Origin: an uncultured Acidobacteriota bacterium
GTDB lineage: Bacteria; Acidobacteriota; Thermoanaerobaculia; UBA5066; Gp7-AA6
Reading direction: 5' to 3'
Length of the DNA stretch: 64,000 nt
Assembly: GCA_963707935.1 (NCBI GenBank)
Contig: CAVPRN010000005.1
Coordinates: 1,426,837 to 1,490,836, forward strand
Of the stretch, positions 17,485 to 26,172 are shown one piece after another. Position 1 is the stretch's first letter. Every line of letters begins with the position of its first letter. Made by a program: the position numbers and the translations under genes. Below the pieces are notes generated by a model, which saw only the letters and a program-made list of their open reading frames with translations, did no database searches and was not told the DNA's origin.

Positions 17485-18678
17485 GTGGGCGATCCCCGGG
17501 ACGCAATCGAGATCGTCGGAGCGGGCCCGGCCGGGCTGACGGCGGCGCTGACGGCGGCGCGCGCCGGCCGACGGGCCGTCGTGCACGAGCAGCGCGCGGA
17601 CGTCGGGGCGCGGTTTCACGGCGACCTGCAGGGCATCGAGAACTGGACGACGCCGGGCGATGTCCTGGAAGAACTCGCCGGCCTCGGCGTGGATCTCGCC
17701 TTCGCAGCACAGCCCTGCCGGGAAGGCGCGTTCTTCGATCCCGAGGGGCGCGAGTACACCTACCGCTCGCCGGATCCCCTCTTCTACCTCGTGCGCCGAG
17801 GCCGCGAGCCGGGCACGCTCGACCAGCAGTTGAGAACGCAGGCCCTTGCGGCGGGCGTCGAGATCCGATTCCGCGATCCGGTCACGAGGCTACCCGAGGG
17901 AGGGATCGTCGCCGGAGGGCCGCGCGGCCCGGATGCGATCGCCGTCGGCTACGTCTTCCGGACCGAGCGGGCGGACGGCGTCTTCGCGACGCTCTCCGAC
18001 CGCCTCGCTCCGAAGGGATACGCTTACTTGCTCGTCTCGCGCGGCCGCGGGACGGTCGCGGCCTGCCTCTTCGACGACTTCCACCGCGAAAAGGAATACC
18101 TGGAGCGAACGCTCGAATTCTTCCGGGAGAAAGCGGGACTCCAGATGTCCAACCCGGTGCGCTTCGGCGGAACCGGGAACGTGCTCTATCCGTCGACCGC
18201 CTGCCACGGCGGCCTGCTCTTCGCCGGCGAGGCCGCCGGCTTCCAGGACGCGCTGTGGGGATTCGGGATGCGCCTGGCGATGCTCTCGGGCCATCTCGCG
18301 GCGCGCGTGCTCGTCGAGGGACGGCCCGGCGACTACGACCGGCTCTGGCGCAAGCGGTTCGGGGCTCAGCTCTGGGTCTCGATCGTGAACCGCTACGCGT
18401 TCGCGAAAATGGCCGATCGGGGCTATGTGGGGCTGATGCGCTCGATCGCGCGGTCGCCCGACGCGCGACAGTGGCTCCGGCGCCACTACGCCCCGTCGGT
18501 GTGCAAGGCGCTCGCGTTCCCGCTGGCGCGACGCCACACGCGGTCGCGCCGCGAGCCGCCCGGCTGCGCGCTCTCCGGCTGCGACTGCACGTGGTGCCGG
18601 ACCCATCCGCGCGCCCGTCCCGAGCCGATCGACCGTCATCGCCTCGCCTCGGGCGGCGCCCGGTTCTTCTCCCCCTGA
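17485..18678 (+). CDS. FAD-dependent oxidoreductase (geranylgeranyl-reductase-like fold)
   Basis: GTG start. Dinucleotide motif IEIVGAGPAGLTAALTAARAG..VVHE. GEAAGFQD. C-terminal Cys cluster CALSGCDCTWC. Confidence 0.7.
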   Translation: MGDPRDAIEIVGAGPAGLTAALTAARAGRRAVVHEQRADVGARFHGDLQGIENWTTPGDVLEELAGLGVDLAFAAQPCREGAFFDPEGREYTYRSPDPLFYLVRRGREPGTLDQQLRTQALAAGVEIRFRDPVTRLPEGGIVAGGPRGPDAIAVGYVFRTERADGVFATLSDRLAPKGYAYLLVSRGRGTVAACLFDDFHREKEYLERTLEFFREKAGLQMSNPVRFGGTGNVLYPSTACHGGLLFAGEAAGFQDALWGFGMRLAMLSGHLAARVLVEGRPGDYDRLWRKRFGAQLWVSIVNRYAFAKMADRGYVGLMRSIARSPDARQWLRRHYAPSVCKALAFPLARRHTRSRREPPGCALSGCDCTWCRTHPRARPEPIDRHRLASGGARFFSP

Positions 18679-18683
18679 CCCCC

Positions 18684-19370
18684 GTGCCGGAACGCCCCCC
18701 CATTCCGTTCGACGCCGTCCCGACCCTGGCCCCCCTCTCCGCGGGGGACCGCGCCGCGATTTCTCCTCTGTGCGAACTCGCCGCCTTCGCGAAAGGGGAA
18801 ACGATCTTTCAGGAGGGAGACCCGGCCGACCGGATCTATTTCCTCTTCCTCGGCCGCGTCAAGATCGTCAAGGCCGGACCGGAACGCGACCTGATCCTGG
18901 AGATCCTGGGGCCGGGTGAACCGGTGGGAGCCGTCGCGGCCTTCGAGCGGCGCCCCTTCCCGGCCACGGCCGTCGCGATCGAGCCCTCCGGCCTGATCAC
19001 GATTCCGGAGCGCGCCTTCTTCCAGGCGATCGAGAAGCGCCCCGAGATCACGCGGCGCCTGCTCGCGGGCCTGACGCTTCGCCTGATGTCTCTCAACCGG
19101 CGCATGGCCGACATGACAGGCTCGGTCGAGTACCGGGCGGCCCGCCTCTTCGAGACGCTCGCCTCCCGCATGGGGGAGCGGCGCGCCGAGGGCGTCTTCG
19201 TTCCGCTCCCCCTCTCCCGGCAGGAGATCGCCGATCTGGCCGGGACGACGATCGAGACGGCGATCCGCGTGATGAGCCGCTGGCAGAAGGAGGGGATCGT
19301 CGAGACGGACAAGAAGGGATTCCTGATCCGGAACGCGGAGCTGCTGCGGTCGATCGCCCCCGAGCCCTGA
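18684..19370 (+). CDS. Crp/Fnr-family transcriptional regulator (no N-terminal FNR Cys cluster; Dnr/NnrR-like)
   Basis: 228 aa from the GTG at 18684. cNMP-binding-like domain: GETIFQEGDPADRIYFLFLGRVKI. C-terminal HTH: LSRQEIADLAGTTIETAIRVMSRWQKEGIV. Confidence 0.88.
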   Translation: MPERPPIPFDAVPTLAPLSAGDRAAISPLCELAAFAKGETIFQEGDPADRIYFLFLGRVKIVKAGPERDLILEILGPGEPVGAVAAFERRPFPATAVAIEPSGLITIPERAFFQAIEKRPEITRRLLAGLTLRLMSLNRRMADMTGSVEYRAARLFETLASRMGERRAEGVFVPLPLSRQEIADLAGTTIETAIRVMSRWQKEGIVETDKKGFLIRNAELLRSIAPEP

Positions 19371-19391
19371 CCGGGGGCGCCGGGACGCCGC

Positions 19392-20648
19392 TCAAGCGGC
19401 CGGCGGGCGCGGCCGCTTCTTCCAGGCGGTGTAGGGGCGCGCGAGGCCTCGAAGCAGAGCGAGCTTCGACCGATAGAGGAAGTCGGCGGGTCCCGCATTT
19501 CCAAGCCCGGCGGCTTCCTCGGGCTGCACGACGAGCGAGACCTCGATCGGAAGGATCCCGACCGGAAGATTCGCGTCGCGGCACGCCTCCCAGAGGTAAG
19601 CGAAGACTTCCCGCATCGCTCCGGGATCGGGAGGCGGCTCGTGCTCGAGCTCGCTCCCGAGCGTCGGCCGGAAGATGCAGACGGTGGGAAAGGCGCCGGC
19701 CCCGACGATCCGATCGATCCCCCGCTTCGTCGATTCAATCGGCTCCAGACCCGCAATGATCTCGCCGGAGACGCGGCCCCGGCCGAGCTTTCCCGCCGTG
19801 TACTCCATCGCCTCGAAGAAGCCGGCCTGCCCGAGCGTCTGTGCCTTTCCGGGGCAGAGGCGCGCGAAGACTTCCGGGTCTTCGAATTCGTAGCAGAAGG
19901 AGAAGTGGTCGGCGCCCGCCTCGATCAGGGCGTCGTACTCGGAGAACTTCCGCCGGGGCACCGGCATGCACTGCACTCCGAGGAACCCTCCGACCCGCTC
20001 CCGGAGCGCCTTCACGAACGGCTCGCACTGGCGCAGGCCGTGGATCGCCTCGAGCTTGTCCACCTCCTCGAAGTGGTAGCCCGTGTTCAAGTGGGTGAAG
20101 ATCGCCCCCGACTCCTCGCGCGCGGCCCGCGCGACCTCGACGACGTCCTCGACGGACTTGCGCGCCTGCTCCGAGACGCCGACGTTCTTTCCGGTCGTGC
20201 AGAACTTGCAGGCGCGCGAGGGGGTCGAGGCCCAGTAGAGGCAGCGGTTCGAGACGTAGACGCCGAGATAGTTCCCCTGCAGCACGCCGACCCGGCTCAT
20301 CTCGATTCCCGAAGAGGTGAGCCGGGAATACCAGGCGGGCTCCTCCGGAACCCGGACCGGATACTCCTCTCCGTCCCGCTCGTCCACGACGCGGTATAGA
20401 CCCCGCTCCTTCACGAGGCGCAGGGGCGAGCGCGCGGCGAATTCCTCCACGACCGGAGCGTTGGCCCAGATCTCCTTGCCGCGGGCGGGGATCACGAGCT
20501 CGAGGCCCGATCCGAGCCCCGCGCGCGTACGCGAAATCCGCCGGCCATCCTCGCCGACCGCGCAGCTCGCGTCGATCCGGATTCCGCGGCAGAAGAGCTC
20601 GATCTCGAGCTCGACCGGTCGAAGCATCGACTCGGACGGTATCGGCAT
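19392..20648 (-). CDS. radical-SAM-like protein with a non-canonical Cys spacing; family unresolved
   Basis: 418 aa. The candidate cluster motif is NRCLYWASTPSRACKFCTTG (C-x10-C-x2-C). TIM-barrel-like alternation follows it. There is an N-terminal domain of about 130 aa with unknown function. Confidence 0.5.
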   Translation of the reverse strand: MPIPSESMLRPVELEIELFCRGIRIDASCAVGEDGRRISRTRAGLGSGLELVIPARGKEIWANAPVVEEFAARSPLRLVKERGLYRVVDERDGEEYPVRVPEEPAWYSRLTSSGIEMSRVGVLQGNYLGVYVSNRCLYWASTPSRACKFCTTGKNVGVSEQARKSVEDVVEVARAAREESGAIFTHLNTGYHFEEVDKLEAIHGLRQCEPFVKALRERVGGFLGVQCMPVPRRKFSEYDALIEAGADHFSFCYEFEDPEVFARLCPGKAQTLGQAGFFEAMEYTAGKLGRGRVSGEIIAGLEPIESTKRGIDRIVGAGAFPTVCIFRPTLGSELEHEPPPDPGAMREVFAYLWEACRDANLPVGILPIEVSLVVQPEEAAGLGNAGPADFLYRSKLALLRGLARPYTAWKKRPRPPAA

Positions 20649-20664
20649 TCTTCCCCGCTCGCCA

Positions 20665-20676
20665 TGATGCAGATCA
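20665..20676. promoter_or_regulatory. FNR-like box TGATGCAGATCA (TGAT-N4-ATCA)
   Basis: Core of the TTGAT-N4-ATCAA consensus. It lies about 20 nt upstream of the radical-SAM-like ATG at 20648. Confidence 0.4.
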
Positions 20677-20691
20677 CCCGGGCCCCCTTTC

Positions 20692-20707
20692 TGATGAGTT
20701 CGGCTCA
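20692..20707. promoter_or_regulatory. class A palindrome site, degenerate (TGATGAGTTCGGCTCA)
   Basis: One mismatch to TGAT-N8-ATCA. It sits in the divergent region between the radical-SAM-like gene and the nos super-operon. Confidence 0.35.
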
Positions 20708-20794
20708 GGCGGCCATTGCGCTCGCGGCGTCAGAGTGCGGCTCATGTGGCGCGAATCGACCAATCGGCGAAAAGAGCGAAATCCGATCAGAGGC

Positions 20795-20808
20795 ATGACC
20801 CGCGTCAT
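20795..20808. promoter_or_regulatory. class B box ATGACCCGCGTCAT
   Basis: Same half-sites as the box at 15575. Its centre is about 50 nt upstream of the ATG at 20851. Confidence 0.55.
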
Positions 20809-20850
20809 ACCGGAGGGCCCTCGAGGGGCGGGATCGTCGGCGTGCGAGCC

Positions 20851-21084
20851 ATGAACCGCCGCAAGAAAGGAGAAGCCTCGACGACCGTGAGCGGCCCCGT
20901 TTTCCTCTCCCGCGGGCAGGTGGCGCAGCTCTTCGGCGTCTCCCTCTCGACCGTGACGCGCTGGGCCCGGCTGGGGCTGCTCCCCGCCGTCCGCACACCG
21001 GGCGGCCACTACCGCTACCCGGCCGACGAAACGCGCCGCGCCGCCGGGCGCGCCGCCACGAGCGACCTCGCGAGGCTCGACTGA
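20851..21084 (+). CDS. small helix-turn-helix DNA-binding protein (excisionase/MerR-like HTH)
   Basis: 77 aa. FLSRGQVAQLFGVSLSTVTRWARLGLLPAVRTPGGHYRY. Its stop is 1 nt before the next ATG. Confidence 0.7.
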   Translation: MNRRKKGEASTTVSGPVFLSRGQVAQLFGVSLSTVTRWARLGLLPAVRTPGGHYRYPADETRRAAGRAATSDLARLD

Positions 21085-21085
21085 G

Positions 21086-23044
21086 ATGCCGATCGCCGTC
21101 CGCCTCCCCGATCTCTCGCACTGGAAGGCGCAGGTGGCGTGCCAGGCGGGCTGCCCCGTCCGGACCGACGCGGGTCGCTACGTGCAGCTCATCGCCGAGG
21201 GGCGCGACGAGGAAGCGTACCTGGTGGCCCGGGCGCCCAACCCGTTCGCCTCGGTCTGCGGGCGGGTCTGCGCCGCTCCATGCGAGGACGCGTGCCGCCG
21301 CGGGGCGATCGACGCGCCGATCGCGATCCGCGCGCTCAAGCGCTTCGTGACCGAGAGGTACGGCGTCGAATCGGTCCACCCCGACGCGCAGAACCGGCTG
21401 CGCGAGAGCCTGATCGCCGAAGGGAACCGATACCCGGGCCACCTCCCCGTCCACCCGATCGGCTCGACCCGGCCCCCGGCGGGCCCCGCGCGAAGGAAGG
21501 TCGCGGTCATCGGGGCGGGGCCCGCCGGTCTCTCTGCCGCGCACGATCTGGCGCTGCTCGGCTACTCCGTGACGGTCTTCGAGGCCGCCGAAGAGCCGGG
21601 GGGAATGATGCGCTTCGGGATCCCCGAGTACCGGCTCCCCCGCACGCTGATCCGCGCCGAGATCGACAAGATCGTCGCGCTCGGCGTCGAGCTCCGGCTC
21701 CGGTCCGGTCTCTCCCCCCGCTTGGGGCTCTCGGAGCTCCGGGCGCAGGGCTTCGAGGCGATCTTCCTCTCGATCGGCGTCACCCGGGGGCGCGATCTTC
21801 AGGTGCCGGGCGTCGAGCTCGACGGAGTCGTCAAGGCGGTCGATTACCTGCTGAACATCAACCGGGGATACCGGATGGATCTCGGGCAGCGGGTCGTCGT
21901 CATCGGCGGCGGGTTCGTCGCGTTCGACGCGGCGCGGACGGCGCTGCGGTCCGGTCGCAAGGATCTGGAGGTGGAGCTCGAGCGCCTCGACGAGGCGGAA
22001 GACCACCGGATGAAGGAGGCTCTCGACTCTGCCCGCGCGGCCCTGCGCGGGGGCGCGACCCGGGTGACGATCGTTTCACTCGAGAGCTTCGATGAGATGC
22101 CGGTCCTCAAGACGACGCAAGGCCACGAGGAGTTCGAGGAAGCGAAAAAAGAAGGGGTCGTCTTCCAGACGCGCCGCGGGCCGAAGCGCTTCCTGGGCGA
22201 CGGCAAGCTCGAAGGGATCGAGCTCCGGCGAGTTCTGTCGGTTTTCGACGAGAAAGGCCGCTTCGCGCCGACCTACGAGGACGCAGACATCACGCGTCTC
22301 GAGTGCGACGCCTGCATCCTCGCGATCGGCCAGCAGCCCGACCTCTCGTTCCTCAAGCCCGAGGATGGCGTCGCACTGACTCCCGGCGGAACGATCCGGG
22401 TGGACGCCGAGACGCTCGCGACCTCGGCGGCCGGAGTCTTCGCCGGCGGCGACGTCGCCTTCGGCCCGCGCAATCTGATCGAGGCCGTTGCCAACGGGAA
22501 GCGGGCCGCGCGGTCGATCCACGAGCACCTCTCCCGAGAGGCCGCGGCCACGCGCGCGACGATCGAGATCGAGACCCTGCCGACGGCGGCTTACCGCCAG
22601 ATCGCCGGGTTCGAGATCCTGGACCGGGTGGTGCCGCCGACCCTCGAGCTCTCGCGGCGCACCGGCATCGCCGAGGTCGAAACGGGCTACGACGAGGTCG
22701 AGGCCCGTCTCCAGGCCGCGCGCTGCCTCGTCTGCCACGTGCAGACGATCTACGACCCCGAAGCCTGCGTGCTCTGCAACCGCTGCGTGGACGTCTGTCC
22801 CGAGTTCTGCCTCGCGCTCGTCCCATTCGAAGCGCTCGACCTGCCCGAAGCGGAGCGCCGGGCGCTCGCCGAGAGGGCCGAGGCGGACGGGCTGCCGCTC
22901 TCCGCAATGGTCAAGGACGACGAGCGCTGCATCCGGTGCGGGCTGTGCGCCATCCGCTGCCCGACCGACGCGATGACGATGGAGCGGTTCTCGATCACGG
23001 AGCGGTTCTTCGCTCCCGCCGGAGAAGGAGGGGTTGCCGCATGA
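21086..23044 (+). CDS. GltD-family NAD(P)H-dependent flavoprotein with an N-terminal FeS domain and a C-terminal 2x[4Fe-4S] ferredoxin domain
   Basis: 652 aa. N-terminal domain: CQAGCPVRTD..NPFASVCGRVCAAPCEDACRR. Two dinucleotide folds: VAVIGAGPAGLSAAHDLA and VVVIGGGFVAFDAA. AGGDV. C-terminal domain: CLVCH..CVLCNRCVDVCP..CIRCGLCAIRCP. Confidence 0.85.
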   Translation: MPIAVRLPDLSHWKAQVACQAGCPVRTDAGRYVQLIAEGRDEEAYLVARAPNPFASVCGRVCAAPCEDACRRGAIDAPIAIRALKRFVTERYGVESVHPDAQNRLRESLIAEGNRYPGHLPVHPIGSTRPPAGPARRKVAVIGAGPAGLSAAHDLALLGYSVTVFEAAEEPGGMMRFGIPEYRLPRTLIRAEIDKIVALGVELRLRSGLSPRLGLSELRAQGFEAIFLSIGVTRGRDLQVPGVELDGVVKAVDYLLNINRGYRMDLGQRVVVIGGGFVAFDAARTALRSGRKDLEVELERLDEAEDHRMKEALDSARAALRGGATRVTIVSLESFDEMPVLKTTQGHEEFEEAKKEGVVFQTRRGPKRFLGDGKLEGIELRRVLSVFDEKGRFAPTYEDADITRLECDACILAIGQQPDLSFLKPEDGVALTPGGTIRVDAETLATSAAGVFAGGDVAFGPRNLIEAVANGKRAARSIHEHLSREAAATRATIEIETLPTAAYRQIAGFEILDRVVPPTLELSRRTGIAEVETGYDEVEARLQAARCLVCHVQTIYDPEACVLCNRCVDVCPEFCLALVPFEALDLPEAERRALAERAEADGLPLSAMVKDDERCIRCGLCAIRCPTDAMTMERFSITERFFAPAGEGGVAA

Positions 23045-23547
23045 AGGACGAGAAGGGGCGCCGCGAGTTTCTCTGGAAGCTCGGCATCGGGAGCGGGATC
23101 GCGGCGCTCGGCGCGCAGACGGTCGCCTCGATGCGCTCGCTCGTGCCCAACGTCTCCTACGACGCGCCCACGACGGTTCGACTCGGGATGCCGCAGGACT
23201 TCCCGGACGGCCTGAAGTTCCTGCCGGACCAGAGGCTCTTCGTGTTCCGCGACGGGAATACGTTCCACGCCATCTCGGCCGCGTGCACCCACCTCGGCTG
23301 CACGGTGCGCGCCGAAGCGCTCCCGCAGGTCGAGACGAAGGACATCGCGGGACAGCGGCTGCGCCTCACGCACCGTTTCCTCTGCCCCTGCCACGGTTCC
23401 CGATACTCGGGCGACGGCTCGAACGTCTCCGGCCCGGCCCCGCGGCCGCTCGCCTGGTACCACCTCTCGGTCTCGCCCGACGACGGACAGCTCGTCGTCG
23501 ATCTTGCGCGGCCGGTCGGCAGCGATTTCCGACTGACGGTTGCCTGA
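23041..23547 (+). CDS. Rieske [2Fe-2S] subunit of a Rieske/cytochrome b complex, with Tat signal
   Basis: 168 aa. GRREFLWKLG. CTHLGC ... CPCHGS. The ATG overlaps the upstream stop (ATGA). Confidence 0.9.
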   Translation: MKDEKGRREFLWKLGIGSGIAALGAQTVASMRSLVPNVSYDAPTTVRLGMPQDFPDGLKFLPDQRLFVFRDGNTFHAISAACTHLGCTVRAEALPQVETKDIAGQRLRLTHRFLCPCHGSRYSGDGSNVSGPAPRPLAWYHLSVSPDDGQLVVDLARPVGSDFRLTVA

Positions 23548-23557
23548 AGGAGTCCTC

Positions 23558-24910
23558 ATGAGCGCCGAACAGAAGACGAGAACCGCCACCCCGGTCCGGT
23601 CCGCCCCCGGAGTGCGCCCGAAGCGGCTCTGGACCTTCCGGCCCGCGTCCGACCGGGAGGCCGGCGACGCCGTCGTCTCGAATTTCCTCCTGCACTGGTT
23701 CCCCGCGAAGTGCTATCGGGCTTCGCTCGAGTGGAACTACTCTTTCTGGCTCGGAACGGTCTCGGCCGCGCTGCTCCTGCTCCTCATCGTCTCGGGTCTG
23801 CCGCTCCTCTTCCTCTACATCCCATCCGTCGAACGCGCCTACGCGTCGGTCAAGGACATCGAGTTCGTCGTCACGTTCGGCTCCTGGATTCGCGCGGTCC
23901 ACCGCATCTCCGCGCACCTGATGGTCGCGGCGGTGTTCCTCCATCTCGTCCGTGTCTTCCTGACCGGCGCCTACAAGAACGGCGCCGGGAGAAACCAGAA
24001 GCGGCAGTGGAACTGGGTGCTGGGAGTCGCGATGCTCCTCGCGACCCTGTTCCTCTCGTTCACGGGCTACCTGCTTCCGTGGGACCAGCTCGCCTACTGG
24101 GCCGTGACCGTCGGGACCAACATCGCCTCCTCGGTTCCGTGGGTCGGTCCGACGATCCGGGAGCTGCTGATCGGCGGGCGGACGATCGAACAGCCCACTC
24201 TGATCCGTTTCTACGTGCTCCACGTCTTCTTCCTGCCGATGATCGTGGGAGCCCTCTTCGCGTACCACATGTGGCGCGTCCGCAAGGACGGCGGGCTCGC
24301 GAGCGCCGACCGGGAGGCCGCCCGGGCGGAAAAGAAGAGTGCGGCGCCTTCGAAGACGAAAACCTACACGCTCCTCGGGATCGCCCGGGGCACGGCGCCG
24401 CAGGTCCGCGCCTCCGCGCTCGAGACGGCCGACGCGATGGTCAACTCCGTCTCGGACCTGACACGCCGCGCGGCGATCGTCGTCCTCGGCACGATCGCGG
24501 TCGTCGGCATCCTCTCGGTTTTCGTTCGCTCGCCCCTCGAAGAGCCGGCCAACCCGATCATCACGCCGAACCCGGCCAAGGCGCCCTGGTACTTCCTCTG
24601 GCTCCAGGAGATCGTCACCGACACGACCATCCGAATCGGATCCTTGACGATCAACGGCGCCTTCCTGGGGGGCGTGCTGCTGCCGGCGATCCTGCTCCTT
24701 CTGCTCACGGCCTGGCCATGGCTCGACAGGAGCCCTGCCGCCGCGGCCGGCCTTTGGTTTGCCGAGAGCCGCCGCCGCCAGAATCTGGTCTTCCTCCTCT
24801 TCGTCGCGGCCGTTCTCGTGCTGACCGTCGTCGGCACGTTCCTGCGCGGGCCTTACTGGCACTTCTACTGGCCGTGGCAGCCCTGGCCCGAGCTGCCCGC
24901 GAGGATCTGA
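23558..24910 (+). CDS. cytochrome b (b6-like N-terminal part fused to a subunit-IV-like part)
   Basis: AAGGAG lies 6 nt upstream of the ATG at 23558. His pairs: AVHRISAHLMVAAVFLHL and VLHVFFLPMIVGALFAYH. The Qo-region motif reads KAPWYFLW instead of PEWY. Confidence 0.9.
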   Translation: MSAEQKTRTATPVRSAPGVRPKRLWTFRPASDREAGDAVVSNFLLHWFPAKCYRASLEWNYSFWLGTVSAALLLLLIVSGLPLLFLYIPSVERAYASVKDIEFVVTFGSWIRAVHRISAHLMVAAVFLHLVRVFLTGAYKNGAGRNQKRQWNWVLGVAMLLATLFLSFTGYLLPWDQLAYWAVTVGTNIASSVPWVGPTIRELLIGGRTIEQPTLIRFYVLHVFFLPMIVGALFAYHMWRVRKDGGLASADREAARAEKKSAAPSKTKTYTLLGIARGTAPQVRASALETADAMVNSVSDLTRRAAIVVLGTIAVVGILSVFVRSPLEEPANPIITPNPAKAPWYFLWLQEIVTDTTIRIGSLTINGAFLGGVLLPAILLLLLTAWPWLDRSPAAAAGLWFAESRRRQNLVFLLFVAAVLVLTVVGTFLRGPYWHFYWPWQPWPELPARI

Positions 24911-24911
24911 C

Positions 24912-26156
24912 ATGGAAAAGCGCACCGATTCGCCGCTTCCCAAGACGGACCGGCCGATCCTGGCGGTCGTCGGCGTGCTGCTCGTCGTCTCGACCGCGCT
25001 CTTCGCCTGGAGCGACCGGCGGCACGACTGGCGCTACTACCAGTACGCCTTCCGCGGCCTCGTCGCCGAGAAGCTCGGTGCGGAGAGGGCGAAGACGATC
25101 CCGCGCGGCGTCCAGCAGATCTGGGCGCCGGAGCTGCGCCGGGCGGACCGCTGCATCACCTGCCACCAGGCGGTCCTCTGGAAGGGCTTCGAGAACGCCG
25201 AAGAGCCCTTCCGCACGCATCCGGCCGCTCCGCTCGCGAACCACCCGGTCGAGAAATTCGGCTGCACGTCCTGCCACGGCGGGCAGGGCTGGGCGATCGA
25301 CACGGCCGAGGCGCACGCGCCGACCGAGCACTGGGAGGAGCCGCTGCTCGGCCAGGAGCTCGGCGAGGCCTATTCCCTCGCCGACGACAAGAAGGCCCTC
25401 CTGCAGATGAACTGCAACACCTGCCACCGGTACGACCGCGAGACTCCGGGCGCCGTGGCGATCAACCTGGCGAAGAAGCTCGTCTCCGAGAAGGGCTGCC
25501 GGGCCTGCCACGTGATCAACGGCCGCGGCGGGACGATCGGGCCGGATCTCACCTGGGTCGGCGACAAGGCGCCGGAACAGTACGAGTACGGCCGGCTCTC
25601 GGGGCAGAAGACCGCCTTCGCCTGGCACGTCGCCCACTTCAAGGATCCGCGGGCGCTCGTGCCGGACACGGTCATGCCCAACTTCCACCTCTCGACCGGG
25701 CAGGCGCAGGCCCTGGCGATGCTCGCGCTCTCCTGGCGCAAGGCCCCGGTGCCGGCCGACTACCGGCCGGGCCTCCCGCGCACGGACCCGCAGACGCCGG
25801 CGGAGATCGCCGAGGAGCAGCGGATGAAGACGGGGCCCGGCGCCTGGTTCGTCCAGACGGGCTGCTTCGTCTGCCACTCGATCTCGTCGCTCGGCGTCAG
25901 GAGCCCGGCGCAGATCGGCCCCGACCTCTCGACCGCCGTCGAGGACACCCAGACGCGCTTCGGCCGCACGGTGGACGACTTCCTGCGCGAGCCGACCGGA
26001 ACGATGTCGGTCGTCCTTTCGCGCCAGATCGTGCTCACCCCCGAACAGAAGGCGACCGCGGTCGAGAAGCTGCGCGAGGCCTTCGCCGAGCACCAGCGCC
26101 AGAAGGCCGCGGCCGCCGCGACCGGAAAGTCCGGAACCGATCACGCAACGCCTTGA
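24912..26156 (+). CDS. membrane-anchored pentaheme c-type cytochrome
   Basis: N-terminal TM helix. Five CxxCH motifs: CITCH, CTSCH, CNTCH, CRACH and CFVCH. The last two sit in class-I-like contexts (..GPDL). Confidence 0.88.
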   Translation: MEKRTDSPLPKTDRPILAVVGVLLVVSTALFAWSDRRHDWRYYQYAFRGLVAEKLGAERAKTIPRGVQQIWAPELRRADRCITCHQAVLWKGFENAEEPFRTHPAAPLANHPVEKFGCTSCHGGQGWAIDTAEAHAPTEHWEEPLLGQELGEAYSLADDKKALLQMNCNTCHRYDRETPGAVAINLAKKLVSEKGCRACHVINGRGGTIGPDLTWVGDKAPEQYEYGRLSGQKTAFAWHVAHFKDPRALVPDTVMPNFHLSTGQAQALAMLALSWRKAPVPADYRPGLPRTDPQTPAEIAEEQRMKTGPGAWFVQTGCFVCHSISSLGVRSPAQIGPDLSTAVEDTQTRFGRTVDDFLREPTGTMSVVLSRQIVLTPEQKATAVEKLREAFAEHQRQKAAAAATGKSGTDHATP

Positions 26157-26172
26157 AGAAGGAGGAACCTCG

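Noticed and set aside
20705-22006. Many long ORFs (300-850 aa) lie antisense or out of frame to the called genes, for example 20705..22006, 23366..24943, 26035..28110, 28638..30416, 15353..17539, 7409..8662 and 33305..34999.
   Set aside because: Their translations are Arg/Pro/Gly/Ala-rich and low in complexity, typical of stop-codon depletion in DNA of about 70% GC. Each overlaps a gene with a clear conserved product on another frame or strand.
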